A stretch of DNA of 64,000 bases from Lachnospiraceae bacterium (GTDB lineage Bacteria; Bacillota; Clostridia; Lachnospirales; Lachnospiraceae), in contig JAEDCQ010000001.1 in NCBI GenBank assembly GCA_016294075.1, forward strand, positions 111,875 through 175,874. The letters are read 5' to 3'. Both the position numbers and the translations under genes were made by a program. The notes under the pieces were generated by a model that worked only from the letters and a program-made list of their open reading frames with translations, made no database searches and was not told where the DNA came from. Positions 18,958 through 29,562 of this stretch are shown here, in pieces; within the stretch, counting starts at the first letter, position 1, and every line of letters begins with the position of its first letter.

Positions 18958-21318
18958 ATGGATAAGCTAAAGGCAATACAGGATGAGAACAAGAATATTG
19001 GTGTGGTAATTGATGATGGTCGTATTCAGGCGTTGAAGGAGCATCTGACTCCCGACGAATTATATGATGATCTGATTTCGCGTGTAAAAAAATACCATCC
19101 ATCTGATGATATTACATTAATTGAAAAAGCATACCAGTTAGCGGCGGAGGCGCATAAACAGCAGACGCGTAAGTCCGGTGAACCGTATATTATACATCCG
19201 TTGTATGTATCCATTATTCTTGCAGATTTGGAAATGGATAAGGAAACAATTGCAGCAGGCCTTTTACATGACGTAGTAGAAGATACAATATATACAAAAG
19301 AGCAGATTGCGGAATGGTTTGGAGAAGAAGTGGCACTTTTAGTGGATGGTGTTACAAAACTTCAACAAATAAACTTTCCTCATGAGCGTGCACAGGAACA
19401 GCTTCCTATCGGAGAAAAAACGTTAGATAAATCGGCTGAAAAGCTTGAATTGCAGGCAGAAAATCTTCGTAAGATGTTTCTGGCAATGGCAAAGGATATT
19501 CGAGTCATTATTATCAAGCTGGCAGACCGTCTTCATAATATGCGTACCTTAAAGCATATGCCGCCCGAAAAGCAGCAGCAGATTGCAAGGGAGACTTTGG
19601 ATATTTATTCCCCGATTGCGCAGAGGCTTGGTATCAGTAAGATAAAGGTAGAACTGGATGATTTATCCTTAAAATATCTTAAACCGGATGTATATTATGA
19701 CCTTGTGGATAAAATTGCCGCAAGAAAGAGCGAGCGTGAGCAGTACATCCAGAGGATTGTGGAAGAAGTAAGCAAGCATATTGCCAATGCGGGAATTGAA
19801 GCAAAGATTGACGGACGTGTAAAGCATTTCTTCAGTATTTATAAGAAAATGGTCAATCAGGATAAGACCATTGACCAGATATATGATTTGTTTGCGGTTC
19901 GTATTATTGTAGACAGTGTGAAAGACTGCTATGCGGCATTGGGTGTGATTCATGAAATGTATAAACCGATTCCCGGACGTTTCAAGGATTATATTGCCAT
20001 GCCGAAGGCAAATATGTACCAATCTCTTCATACTACACTGATTGGATTTAACGGACAGCCGTTTGAAATTCAAATCCGTACGTTTGAGATGCATAAGGCT
20101 GCTGAATTTGGTATTGCTGCGCATTGGAAGTACAAAGAAGCTTCCGATGGTAAAAAGGTAGAAGCACAGGAAGAAGAAAAGCTGGCATGGCTCAGGCAGA
20201 TTTTGGAATGGCAGAAGGACATGTCCGATAACCGCGAATTTATGAATCTGTTAAAGAGCGATTTGGATTTGTTCTCTGACAGCGTATATTGCTTTACGCC
20301 TACGGGAGAGGTAAAGAATCTTCCGGCAGGAAGTACGCCGGTTGACTTTGCTTATGCTATTCACAGTGCTGTCGGTAACCGCATGGTTGGTGCAAGAGTT
20401 AACGGAAAACTGGTTACCATTGATTATCAAATTAACAACGGTGACCGGATAGAAATTATTACATCACAAAATTCCAAAGGACCGAGCCGAGATTGGTTAA
20501 AGCTTGCAAAGTCCACACAGGCAAAAAACAAGATAAACCAATGGTTTAAAAACGAATTTAAAGAAGACAATATCATAAAGGGAAAAGATTTATTTGCTGC
20601 ATATTGCAAAGCAAAAACAATTGATTTGCTTGCGATTACAAAGGCTGAATATATTGCGGCTATTTGTAAAAAGTATGGTTTCCGTGATTGGGACAGCGTT
20701 ATGGCTGCTGTCGGACACGGAGGGTTAAAAGAAGGCCAGATTATTAATAAAATGGTGGAGTTTTATGAGCGCGACCATAAGAAAGTAATCAGTGATGCGG
20801 AAATACTTGCTTCCGTAGAGGATAATGCACAGAATAAGCATATGCAGCCGCGGAAGTCAAAAAGCGGTATTATCGTAAAGGGAATAGATGATATAGCAGT
20901 CCGATTTTCTAAGTGCTGCAGTCCGGTTCCCGGTGATGAAATAGTCGGCTTTGTTACAAGAGGGCGAGGTGTATCCATTCATCGTACGGATTGTATTAAT
21001 GTACTAAATCTGCCGGAATTTGACCGTGCAAGACTGATTGATGCTGATTGGCAGCAATCGGGGGAAACGCAAAGTGAGAAATATCTGGCAGAGATTGTTA
21101 TTTATGCAAATAACCGTAACGGTCTGCTGGTCGATATTACGAAAGCATTAACGGAAAAGAATATTGATATTCTCAGTATGAATACCCGTGTAAGTAAGCA
21201 GGGAGTTGCTACATTGGCAGTTTCTTTTGAAACCACGGGAAGAGAAGAATTAAACCGTGTTATAGACAGAATTCGAAATATAGAGAGTGTGCGTGATATA
21301 GAGCGTACAACAGGTTAA
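18958..21318 (+). CDS. relA: bifunctional (p)ppGpp synthetase/hydrolase Rel/SpoT homologue
   Basis: HD domain (HPLYVSIILADL...LLHDVVEDT), synthetase domain (YQSLHTT...EIQIRTFEMH), then TGS and ACT regions. The ORF is open from 18940. Confidence 0.93.
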   Translation: MDKLKAIQDENKNIGVVIDDGRIQALKEHLTPDELYDDLISRVKKYHPSDDITLIEKAYQLAAEAHKQQTRKSGEPYIIHPLYVSIILADLEMDKETIAAGLLHDVVEDTIYTKEQIAEWFGEEVALLVDGVTKLQQINFPHERAQEQLPIGEKTLDKSAEKLELQAENLRKMFLAMAKDIRVIIIKLADRLHNMRTLKHMPPEKQQQIARETLDIYSPIAQRLGISKIKVELDDLSLKYLKPDVYYDLVDKIAARKSEREQYIQRIVEEVSKHIANAGIEAKIDGRVKHFFSIYKKMVNQDKTIDQIYDLFAVRIIVDSVKDCYAALGVIHEMYKPIPGRFKDYIAMPKANMYQSLHTTLIGFNGQPFEIQIRTFEMHKAAEFGIAAHWKYKEASDGKKVEAQEEEKLAWLRQILEWQKDMSDNREFMNLLKSDLDLFSDSVYCFTPTGEVKNLPAGSTPVDFAYAIHSAVGNRMVGARVNGKLVTIDYQINNGDRIEIITSQNSKGPSRDWLKLAKSTQAKNKINQWFKNEFKEDNIIKGKDLFAAYCKAKTIDLLAITKAEYIAAICKKYGFRDWDSVMAAVGHGGLKEGQIINKMVEFYERDHKKVISDAEILASVEDNAQNKHMQPRKSKSGIIVKGIDDIAVRFSKCCSPVPGDEIVGFVTRGRGVSIHRTDCINVLNLPEFDRARLIDADWQQSGETQSEKYLAEIVIYANNRNGLLVDITKALTEKNIDILSMNTRVSKQGVATLAVSFETTGREELNRVIDRIRNIESVRDIERTTG

Positions 21319-21339
21319 AGTATGTAAAGGTAGGGTGTT

Positions 21340-21978
21340 ATGGCTGATTTGAAAATCGGAAGAATGATGCTGGGCGTATGCCAGACAAACTGTTATTTTT
21401 TGTACCGTGAAGGAACAAACAGGGTTATTTTTGTTGACCCGGCCGATTACGGGGAACATATTTATAAGACGATGAAGGAGAATGGCTTTGAAGTAGCGGC
21501 GATTCTGCTGACACACGGTCATTTCGACCATATCTGGGGATGCAGTGCGCTTCGTAAGTTAAGCAGTGCACCGGTCTATGCGTATGAGGGAGAGGAAGAT
21601 TTGCTGTTATCTTCCGATTTGAACGTGTCTGAAAATGCCGGCAGGGCATGTACGGTAAAGGCAAATACGCTTTTAAAGGATGGCGAGACGGTAACGATTG
21701 AGGATATGACATTTACAGTGCTTGCGACACCGGGGCATACAAAGGGAAGCTGCTGTTATTATTTTGAAGAAGCAAAAATTTTAATCAGCGGTGATACTTT
21801 ATTTGAAGAATCTGTCGGAAGAACCGACCTCCCAACGGGAAGTATGGGTACTTTGACACGTTCCATTGCGGAAAAATTAGCAGTTCTTCCGGATGATGTG
21901 ACGGTATATCCGGGACACGGCGACAGTACAACAATCGGTCATGAAAAGAAATATAATCCGTTTTGGCCCCAAATGTGA
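21340..21978 (+). CDS. MBL-fold metallo-hydrolase (GloB/YqgX-like)
   Basis: THGHFDHIWG zinc motif; 212 aa. Confidence 0.85.
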   Translation: MADLKIGRMMLGVCQTNCYFLYREGTNRVIFVDPADYGEHIYKTMKENGFEVAAILLTHGHFDHIWGCSALRKLSSAPVYAYEGEEDLLLSSDLNVSENAGRACTVKANTLLKDGETVTIEDMTFTVLATPGHTKGSCCYYFEEAKILISGDTLFEESVGRTDLPTGSMGTLTRSIAEKLAVLPDDVTVYPGHGDSTTIGHEKKYNPFWPQM

Positions 21979-22027
21979 TGGGAGCCGGCAAAAGAAAGGA
22001 AAACAGGACTAACCTGAAAAGAAAAAG

Positions 22028-23515
22028 ATGATTGTAGTAAAATGTAATAAGAATGAATTTGTATATGATATTCATTCACTGGTAAAGGCATTTTATCCGG
22101 CAGAAGAGGTAAAGGTATTTGAAGAGGGGGAGAAACTCCTCTCTTCAGATGAAAATCTGCCGGAATTTTTTATATTATTTGAAAATCAGGGAATTAAAAT
22201 CACCATATTGGCAGATGGTGAAAAGAAAGTGGAACAGGCAGTCTCTTTACCTGAGAATTTGTCGCGACCGGACTGTAAAAATGCATTAAAGAAGCTTCTT
22301 TACGGCATTCTGAGTGAATATACGAATAAGCAGCTCCCATGGGGAAATCTGACAGGAATCCGCCCGACGAAGATTGCTTACGGTTTGCTGGAAAAGGGAA
22401 TATGCAGAGAGAAAATAGCAGCCTATATGAAGGATACATATTCCTGCTCGGATAAAAAGGCTTTTCTGGCTTATGACATCGCGCAAAGAGAGCATGATAT
22501 TTTATCCCATATACATTATGAAAACGGCTACAGTCTGTATATCGGAATCCCGTTCTGTCCGACTACATGTTTATACTGTTCTTTTACCTCGTATTCCATT
22601 GCAGCTCACCGTAATGAAGTGGATGCATACCTGATGGCTTTGGAAAAAGAAATTGACTATGTGGCAGAATCCTTTGCGGATAAAACATTAGACAGTATCT
22701 ATATCGGAGGCGGAACGCCCACGACTCTTGAAGCAGAGGAGTTAGACCGTCTGCTATCTTATATCGATAATAAACTCGATTTGTCACAAGCCTTGGAATA
22801 TACCGTGGAGGCAGGTCGTGCGGACAGTATTACAAAGGCTAAGCTTGAGGTTATAAAAAAGCATGGTGTTACCAGAATTTCCGTCAATCCGCAGACTATG
22901 AAGGAGGAGACATTAAAGCTAATCGGAAGACGCCACAGTGTAGCACAGGTAAAGGAAGCATTTGCACTGGCAAGAGAACTTAAATTTGACAATATCAATA
23001 TGGATTTGATTCTGGGGCTTCCCAATGAGACAAAAGAAGATGTGGAAGAGACCCTGCGTCAGGTAAAGGAGTTGAATCCGGACAGTCTAACGGTACATTC
23101 CCTTGCGATAAAGCGTGCTTCCAAAATGAGCGAGTGGATTATTAAAGAGGGCATACAATGTCTGCATAATACGGATGAAACAATGGAGTCGGCTGCTATG
23201 GCGGCAGAAAAAATGCATATGCAGCCGTATTATTTATACCGGCAGAAGAATATGTCCGGCAACTTTGAAAATGTCGGTTATGCACGAGAAGGGAAATACG
23301 GTATTTACAATATCCTGATTATGGAGGAAGTGCAGTCAATTGTGGCACTCGGGGCCGGTACTGTGACAAAAAGAGTATTTCCGGATGGAAGGATTGAGAG
23401 ATGCGATAATGTAAAGGATATTGCCCAATATATTGAAAGAATTAACGAAATGATTAATAGGAAGAGACTGCTCTTCGCTGATGAGATTTGTGAGGAAAAA
23501 CAAGATGAAATTTAA
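22028..23515 (+). CDS. hemZ: radical SAM coproporphyrinogen dehydrogenase-like protein HemZ
   Basis: CPTTCLYCSF CxxxCxxC cluster motif, HemN-like core and a ~170-aa N-terminal extension typical of HemZ. Confidence 0.8.
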   Translation: MIVVKCNKNEFVYDIHSLVKAFYPAEEVKVFEEGEKLLSSDENLPEFFILFENQGIKITILADGEKKVEQAVSLPENLSRPDCKNALKKLLYGILSEYTNKQLPWGNLTGIRPTKIAYGLLEKGICREKIAAYMKDTYSCSDKKAFLAYDIAQREHDILSHIHYENGYSLYIGIPFCPTTCLYCSFTSYSIAAHRNEVDAYLMALEKEIDYVAESFADKTLDSIYIGGGTPTTLEAEELDRLLSYIDNKLDLSQALEYTVEAGRADSITKAKLEVIKKHGVTRISVNPQTMKEETLKLIGRRHSVAQVKEAFALARELKFDNINMDLILGLPNETKEDVEETLRQVKELNPDSLTVHSLAIKRASKMSEWIIKEGIQCLHNTDETMESAAMAAEKMHMQPYYLYRQKNMSGNFENVGYAREGKYGIYNILIMEEVQSIVALGAGTVTKRVFPDGRIERCDNVKDIAQYIERINEMINRKRLLFADEICEEKQDEI

Positions 23516-23603
23516 TGTAAATAAATTTTTGAGGAAAATTCTCGTAATTGCGGGAGGAGCAGAGTAGCTTGTATGGGAATTGGATGAATTGTTATAAAGA
23601 TAT

Positions 23604-23629
23604 GGGACAGCTTACAACTGTCCCGTTTT
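23604..23629. terminator. bidirectional terminator between convergent hemZ and tspO
   Basis: GGGACAG-CTTACAA-CTGTCCC followed by GTTTT. An A-rich tract lies upstream for the opposite strand. Confidence 0.6.
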
Positions 23630-23638
23630 GCATCATCA

Positions 23639-24130
23639 TCAATTCAACAAATACACCCCCAGATTCAGATAAGCCGCGAAGCTTACCCAGATAAAGTACG
23701 GAAGTAACATATATCCTGCAGGTTTAGAGATACGGAAGAAAGAAACCATGGTAGCAATAATAAATCCCCAGAGGCATAAAAGCCATATAAGGGAGAAGAG
23801 ATACCATCTGCAGTTAAAAAACCAGATGGACCAGAAAAAGTTTAGTACGAGCTGTATGGCATAGAGTGTAAGCGCCATGGAGGTATCGGCATCTGCCGAG
23901 TATATCAGGTAAGAGGCAATTCCCATAAGAATGAACAAAATAGTCCATACAATAGGAAAAAGCCACATGGGAGGCGTAAGCGGTGGCTGGTTCACGGAAG
24001 CAAAGGATTTCATGCCATCTTTGGTCAGCCAGGCAGAAAGACCGCCTACTGCAAGGGGAATGGCAACGGCTGTAATCAGATTACTCCAGTTGATTTCACT
24101 TGTATTTATTTCAAAATATTTTGTTTTCAT
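23639..24130 (-). CDS. tspO: TspO/MBR family tryptophan-rich sensory protein
   Basis: Five TM segments; W-rich (PPMWLFPIVWTILF, FFWSIWFF); 163 aa; GAGG RBS. Confidence 0.88.
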   Translation of the reverse strand: MKTKYFEINTSEINWSNLITAVAIPLAVGGLSAWLTKDGMKSFASVNQPPLTPPMWLFPIVWTILFILMGIASYLIYSADADTSMALTLYAIQLVLNFFWSIWFFNCRWYLFSLIWLLCLWGFIIATMVSFFRISKPAGYMLLPYFIWVSFAAYLNLGVYLLN

Positions 24131-24372
24131 AATATACCTCTTTCTTTTTTGTTTAGTTATTTTTAGATATTTATAACTATTACAAATGTGTTGTATTTTC
24201 CGAAAGTATACCTCTATAATAGAATATGTAAAAAATAAAATATTATTAGAAAAACTCTGGAAGGAAAGATGTTTTTTTTTGAAAACAATTTTCCTTTTTG
24301 TATATATTCTGGTAAAATAGAATGAAATGAGTAAAAAGTGAAATATGTACTATATGGAAAGAGGGACAAATC

Positions 24373-25635
24373 ATGGCATTGAGTAAGAAACCGGTAACCG
24401 GGATGAAAGATATTCTGCCGGCAGAAATGCAGATTCGAGATTATGTGATTGGTGTAATCAAAGAAACTTATGCACAGTTCGGCTTTACAAGCATTGAGAC
24501 TCCCTGTGTGGAAAATATTGCAAACTTAAGTAATAAACAGGGCGGAGAAAATGAGAAGCTGATTTTTAAAATATTAAAGCGTGGAGAGAAATTAAATCTT
24601 GAGACCGCGCAGTCACAGGAGGATTTGACTGACAGCGGACTCCGCTATGATTTAACGGTTCCTCTTGTAAGATTTTATTCCAACAATGCGGCAAATTTAC
24701 CTGCTCCGTTTAAGGCATTACAAATCGGACCGGTATGGCGTGCGGATCGTCCGCAGAGAGGACGCTACCGCCAGTTTTATCAGTGTGATATCGATATTTT
24801 AGGGGAACCCTCCAATCTGGCTGAAATTGAGCTGATTACCGCGACAACAACGACCTTGGGCAGGCTGGGATTTAAGAATTTTGAAATTCGTATCAACGAG
24901 AGAAGAATTTTAAAAGCAATGGCAGAGTACAGCGGATTTCCGGAGGAATCATACGATACCGTATTTATTATTTTAGATAAAATGGACAAAATTGGTCTTG
25001 ACGGTGTTGCAGAGGATTTATTAAATAACGGATTTAATCAGGAAAGTATTGACAAATATCTTTCCCTGTTTAAAGGAATGGAAGAACATAAAGATGACGG
25101 TCTTTCCTTCCTTGCGGATACATTGGGAGATTGTCTGGATGCTGATATAAAAGATAATCTTGCACAAATCATCGAAAGTGTGGAAGCATGTAAGAATGCT
25201 GAATTTAAGATGGTTTTTGACCCGACACTGGTGCGCGGTATGAGCTATTATACGGGAACGATTTTTGAAATTGCGATTCCTGAATTTGGCGGGAGCTGCG
25301 GTGGCGGCGGAAGATACGATAAGATGGTTGGAAAATTTACGGGTAATGATACACCGGCATGTGGTTTTTCAATCGGATTTGAACGAATTGTGTTGTTATT
25401 ATTGGAAAGCGGTTTTCAGATTCCGGGTGCGAAAAAGAAGACTGCATACCTGATTGAAAAAGGTGTCGGAACAGATATATTATGTGATGTTATGAAGCAG
25501 GCACAGGAAGCCAGAAATAACGGCGAGCAGGTGCTTGTGGCAAGAATGAACAAAAACAAGAAATTCCAAAAGGAACAGCTGACAAAGGAAGGATATGAAC
25601 AATTTAAAGAGTTCTTTAAAAATCCTTTAAAATAA
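24373..25635 (+). CDS. hisS: histidine--tRNA ligase
   Basis: GMKDILP N-terminus, class II motifs (RYDLTVP, WRADRPQRGRYRQFYQCD, GGGGRYD). Confidence 0.95.
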   Translation: MALSKKPVTGMKDILPAEMQIRDYVIGVIKETYAQFGFTSIETPCVENIANLSNKQGGENEKLIFKILKRGEKLNLETAQSQEDLTDSGLRYDLTVPLVRFYSNNAANLPAPFKALQIGPVWRADRPQRGRYRQFYQCDIDILGEPSNLAEIELITATTTTLGRLGFKNFEIRINERRILKAMAEYSGFPEESYDTVFIILDKMDKIGLDGVAEDLLNNGFNQESIDKYLSLFKGMEEHKDDGLSFLADTLGDCLDADIKDNLAQIIESVEACKNAEFKMVFDPTLVRGMSYYTGTIFEIAIPEFGGSCGGGGRYDKMVGKFTGNDTPACGFSIGFERIVLLLLESGFQIPGAKKKTAYLIEKGVGTDILCDVMKQAQEARNNGEQVLVARMNKNKKFQKEQLTKEGYEQFKEFFKNPLK

Positions 25636-25680
25636 ACAGGGTGAAAACACAGCCAATACGGCGGAATGAGAGGCAGAAAA

Positions 25681-27480
25681 ATGGCAGAATCAATGAAGGG
25701 ACTTAAAAGGTCCCATAGATGTGGGGAGTTATCCGAAAAAAATATCGGCGAAAAAGTAACGGTAATGGGCTGGGTTCAGAAGCAGCGTAATAAGGGTGCG
25801 ATTATCTTTGTTGATTTACGTGACCGTTCCGGTATTTTACAGATTATCTTTGAGGAAGATACGGTTGGCAGCGAGGGATTTGAAAAAGCGTATCGTCTCC
25901 GCAGCGAGTTTGTAATTGCAGTAGAAGGAATTGTGGAGGCAAGAGAGGGTGCAGTTAATGAAAATCTTGCAACCGGTAAGATTGAAGTAAAGGCACAATC
26001 CATTCGTATTTTAGCGGAAGCCGAGACGCCTCCTTTTCCGATTGAAGAGGATTCCAAGACAAAAGAAGAACTGCGCTTAAAACATCGTTATCTGGATTTG
26101 AGAAGACCGGATTTACAGCGTAATATTATGTTAAGAAGCAAAATCGCAAGCGAAATCCGTGCCTTTATGGCTAAAGAAGGATTTATTGAAATTGAGACAC
26201 CGATGCTTGGAAAAGCAACTCCGGAGGGAGCAAGAGAATATGTGGTACCAAGCCGTGTACATCCGGGTAATTTCTATACGCTTCCGCAGTCACCGCAGCT
26301 GTATAAGCAGCTTTTGATGTGTTCCGGATATGACCGCTATATCCAGATTGCAAGGTGCTTTCGGGATGAGGATCTTCGTGCAGACAGACAGCCTGAATTT
26401 ACACAGGTGGATATGGAGCTTTCCTTTGTAGATGCAGAGGAAGTAATGGAAGTAAATGAAAGACTGATTCAGCATGTCTGCAAAGAAGCAATCGGGCTTG
26501 ATGTAACCCTTCCGCTTCCGCGTATGACATGGCAGGAAGCAATGGACCGTTTCGGTTCCGATAAACCGGATACGCGTTTTGGGATGGAGTTAACCGATGT
26601 TTCTGACACGGTAGCGGGCTGTGGCTTTGGTGTTTTCACAGGTGCACTTCAAAACGGCGGTTCCGTACGCGGTATTAATGTAAAAGGACAGGCAGAAATG
26701 CCAAGAAAGAAAATAGATGCTCTGGTTGAACTTGCAAAGGGCTGTGGGGCAAAGGGACTTGCATATTTGTGCTGCATGCCGGATGGCTCATACAAATCTT
26801 CTTTTGCAAAGTTTATGACAGAAGAAGAACTGCAGGCATTGGTAAATAAGATGGGCGGAGAAGCAGGAGATCTTTTGTTATTTGCCGCAGATAAAAATAA
26901 AATTGTATGGAGTGTATTGGGTGCACTGCGTTTAGAAATGGCAAAACAGTTGGAATTATTGGATGACAATCAGTTTAACTTCTTATGGATTACGGAATTC
27001 CCTCTGCTTGAGTACAGCGATGAGGAAGAACGTTTTGTTGCGATGCATCATCCTTTCACGATGCCAATGGAAGAGGATTGGGAATATATTGATTCTGATC
27101 CGGGAAGAGTACGTGCAAAAGCATATGACATTGTCTTAAACGGTGTCGAGCTTGGTGGGGGAAGTGTGCGAATTCACCAGGCAGATATTCAGTCTAAGAT
27201 GTTTGAAGTACTGGGATTATCACCGGAAGTGGCGCAGGACAGATTCGGATTTTTACTGGATGCATTTAAATACGGCGTGCCGCCGCATGCAGGGCTTGCA
27301 TACGGTCTTGACAGACTTGTGATGCTTTTGGTAAAAGCAGATTCCATCCGTGAAGTAATTGCATTCCCGAAGGTTAAGGATGCTTCCTGTCTGATGACGC
27401 AGGCTCCGAATGTAATTCCTGAAAAACAGTTGGAAGAATTGTGTATCAAGTTAGACATACCGGAAGCAGAACAGGAATAA
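25681..27480 (+). CDS. aspS: aspartate--tRNA ligase
   Basis: OB-fold N-terminus (VTVMGWVQKQRNKGAIIFVDLRD), QSPQLYKQLLM, FRDEDLRADRQPEFTQ, GGGSVRIH, PPHAGLAYGLDR. Confidence 0.95.
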   Translation: MAESMKGLKRSHRCGELSEKNIGEKVTVMGWVQKQRNKGAIIFVDLRDRSGILQIIFEEDTVGSEGFEKAYRLRSEFVIAVEGIVEAREGAVNENLATGKIEVKAQSIRILAEAETPPFPIEEDSKTKEELRLKHRYLDLRRPDLQRNIMLRSKIASEIRAFMAKEGFIEIETPMLGKATPEGAREYVVPSRVHPGNFYTLPQSPQLYKQLLMCSGYDRYIQIARCFRDEDLRADRQPEFTQVDMELSFVDAEEVMEVNERLIQHVCKEAIGLDVTLPLPRMTWQEAMDRFGSDKPDTRFGMELTDVSDTVAGCGFGVFTGALQNGGSVRGINVKGQAEMPRKKIDALVELAKGCGAKGLAYLCCMPDGSYKSSFAKFMTEEELQALVNKMGGEAGDLLLFAADKNKIVWSVLGALRLEMAKQLELLDDNQFNFLWITEFPLLEYSDEEERFVAMHHPFTMPMEEDWEYIDSDPGRVRAKAYDIVLNGVELGGGSVRIHQADIQSKMFEVLGLSPEVAQDRFGFLLDAFKYGVPPHAGLAYGLDRLVMLLVKADSIREVIAFPKVKDASCLMTQAPNVIPEKQLEELCIKLDIPEAEQE

Positions 27481-27534
27481 GCTCTTTTTTCTCCTGTAAA
27501 TGTGAAAGAATGGGAAGGATATAGTTTTTACTGT

Positions 27535-29181
27535 ATGAAAGAATATCGAGGAAAAAGTGTCCATGAGGGTATTGCATTTGGTTCTGTTTGTTTTTTTGAC
27601 AGAGGTTATACGGATATCGTAAGAGTAGATACTGCTTATCCTCAGATAGAAATAAAACGGTTTGAAACAGCCGTTACGAAAACAGTCTTGGAACTGCAGG
27701 AACTTTGTGAAAAAGCCGGACTTCTGGTTGGAGATGAGAAGGCAGAAATCTTTGAAATGCAGAAAATGATTGCATTGGATGATTTACTTGCAGAGGATGT
27801 AAAAAAGTATATTCTTGATAATTCCTGCAATGCAGAATATGCATTGTCAAAGGCTGCAAATGATTATACTGCCAGAATTTCATTGCTGGAGGATGAGCTT
27901 CTTCGTGCAAGGAACGAAGACTGTCTGGATGTTTTTAGAAAAATATTAAAGCATATGTCAAATGATGAGGCAGAAGAACCGGTTTTGAAACAACCGGTTA
28001 TTTTGCTTGCTACTGATATAAGCCCCGGAGAGACGATTAATCTTGATAAAGAAAAAGTTCTTGCCATTGTATTATTGGGCGGAAGTGAATATTCCCATAC
28101 GGCAATCCTGGCAAAATCACTGGATATTCCGTGTATTGTTCAAACGGATGTAATCTGTCCTGCAAACCTGCATGGAAAAGAAGCCGGGGTAGATGGAAAG
28201 GAAGGACTTTTTTATGTTGAACCGACTGAGGAGATTATAACAGAACTAAAAGAGAAGCAGAGACAGATACGAAAGAGGCTGCAAAATCTGCAGAATATGG
28301 TCGGGCTGGAAAGCCGGACAAAGGATGGCAGACTCATACGTGTTTTTGCCAATATAGAAACACCGGATGACCTTCCAAAAGTGAAGGAGCAGGATGCGGA
28401 AGGAATCGGTTTGTTCAGAACGGAGTTTTTATATTTGTCACGTAGTATTTATCCTGAAGAAGAAGAGCAGTTTGCTGTTTATCGTGATGTGATAGCCGGT
28501 ATGGAAGGAAGACCGGTTATCATAAGAACCCTGGATATAGGTGCTGATAAAACGGTACCGTACCTGTCGTATGTAAAAGAAGATAATCCTGCCATGGGAA
28601 TGCGCGGAATCCGTTTGTGTCTGGCACAAAAGCAATTGTTTCTGATACAGTTAAAAGCTTTGCTTCGTGCGTCGTCATATGGGAATGTATCCATTATGTT
28701 TCCGATGATTTCTTCCGTTTGGGAGATACAGACAGTCAATGAACTTATTTTAGAGGCAAAAAAAATCCTGACAGAAGAAGGAAAAAACTTCGGCAATCCA
28801 AAGATGGGAATTATGATTGAAACTCCGGCAGCGGTTGTAATTGCAGAGGAGCTTGCGGAATATGCAGATTTTTTCAGTATAGGAACAAATGATTTGACAC
28901 AGTATACGTTAGCGGCTGACAGGACAAATCCGGCGATGGACATCTATACGAATCCATATCATGAAGCCGTCTTAAGATTGATAGAAATGACGGTTAAGAG
29001 TGGACATAAAAAGGGAATTCCCGTAGGTATATGCGGTGATCTTGCTGCAGATTTGACAATGACGGAGTTATTCATACGGCTTGGAGTAGATGAATTGTCA
29101 ATACCTGCCGGTAAGGTTCTTTCCCTTCGTAAAAAAATAAGAAGTTTAGATTGCACAGAAAAGAAAGGCAAGGGAAAATGA
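27535..29181 (+). CDS. ptsI: phosphoenolpyruvate--protein phosphotransferase (PTS enzyme I)
   Basis: Phospho-His region GGSEYSHTAILAKSLDIPCIV, then GLFRTEFLY, NDLTQY and the catalytic Cys ICGDLAAD. The ORF is also open from a GTG at 27502. Confidence 0.9.
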   Translation: MKEYRGKSVHEGIAFGSVCFFDRGYTDIVRVDTAYPQIEIKRFETAVTKTVLELQELCEKAGLLVGDEKAEIFEMQKMIALDDLLAEDVKKYILDNSCNAEYALSKAANDYTARISLLEDELLRARNEDCLDVFRKILKHMSNDEAEEPVLKQPVILLATDISPGETINLDKEKVLAIVLLGGSEYSHTAILAKSLDIPCIVQTDVICPANLHGKEAGVDGKEGLFYVEPTEEIITELKEKQRQIRKRLQNLQNMVGLESRTKDGRLIRVFANIETPDDLPKVKEQDAEGIGLFRTEFLYLSRSIYPEEEEQFAVYRDVIAGMEGRPVIIRTLDIGADKTVPYLSYVKEDNPAMGMRGIRLCLAQKQLFLIQLKALLRASSYGNVSIMFPMISSVWEIQTVNELILEAKKILTEEGKNFGNPKMGIMIETPAAVVIAEELAEYADFFSIGTNDLTQYTLAADRTNPAMDIYTNPYHEAVLRLIEMTVKSGHKKGIPVGICGDLAADLTMTELFIRLGVDELSIPAGKVLSLRKKIRSLDCTEKKGKGK

Positions 29182-29507
29182 TGGATTGCAAAGAAGTTCA
29201 AAAAAACATTACCGCTTTTCTGAATGATGAGCTGGACGGAAGAAGCTCTGAAAGCTTTCTAGGGCATATAAAGGAATGCCCGGAATGCAGGGAAGAGTTA
29301 AGTATACAATATTTGGTAAGAGAAGGTACTGCACGTTTGGAGGAAGGCGGCAGCTTTGATTTGAATAAGGATTTAGAAGATTTAATAACTTCTTCTTCCC
29401 AAAAAATACAAAATCGTCGTATTGCGGCTTTTTGTATATATTCATTGGAATTTATTGCAATCATAGCGGTAATATTTATCTTAGTGCTTGTTTTTTACAG
29501 TAAATAA
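29178..29507 (+). CDS. zf-HC2 (anti-sigma-factor-like) single-pass membrane protein
   Basis: HIKECPEC (H-x3-C-x2-C) followed by a C-terminal TM segment. The ATG overlaps the ptsI stop (ATGA). Confidence 0.65.
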   Translation: MMDCKEVQKNITAFLNDELDGRSSESFLGHIKECPECREELSIQYLVREGTARLEEGGSFDLNKDLEDLITSSSQKIQNRRIAAFCIYSLEFIAIIAVIFILVLVFYSK

Positions 29508-29562
29508 GCAAAATATCAAACGTAAGCATAAAAAAGTTTACAGAAAGAATATGGTATAAAGC

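Noticed and set aside
24131-24372. Expected a T-box leader upstream of hisS-aspS, as in many Firmicutes.
   Set aside because: I find no T-box sequence (AANNNGGGTGGTACCGCG-like). The best promoter (TGGTAAAAT, about 24311-24320) leaves only a ~50-nt leader, which is too short. I could not run a covariance model, so a divergent element cannot be fully excluded.
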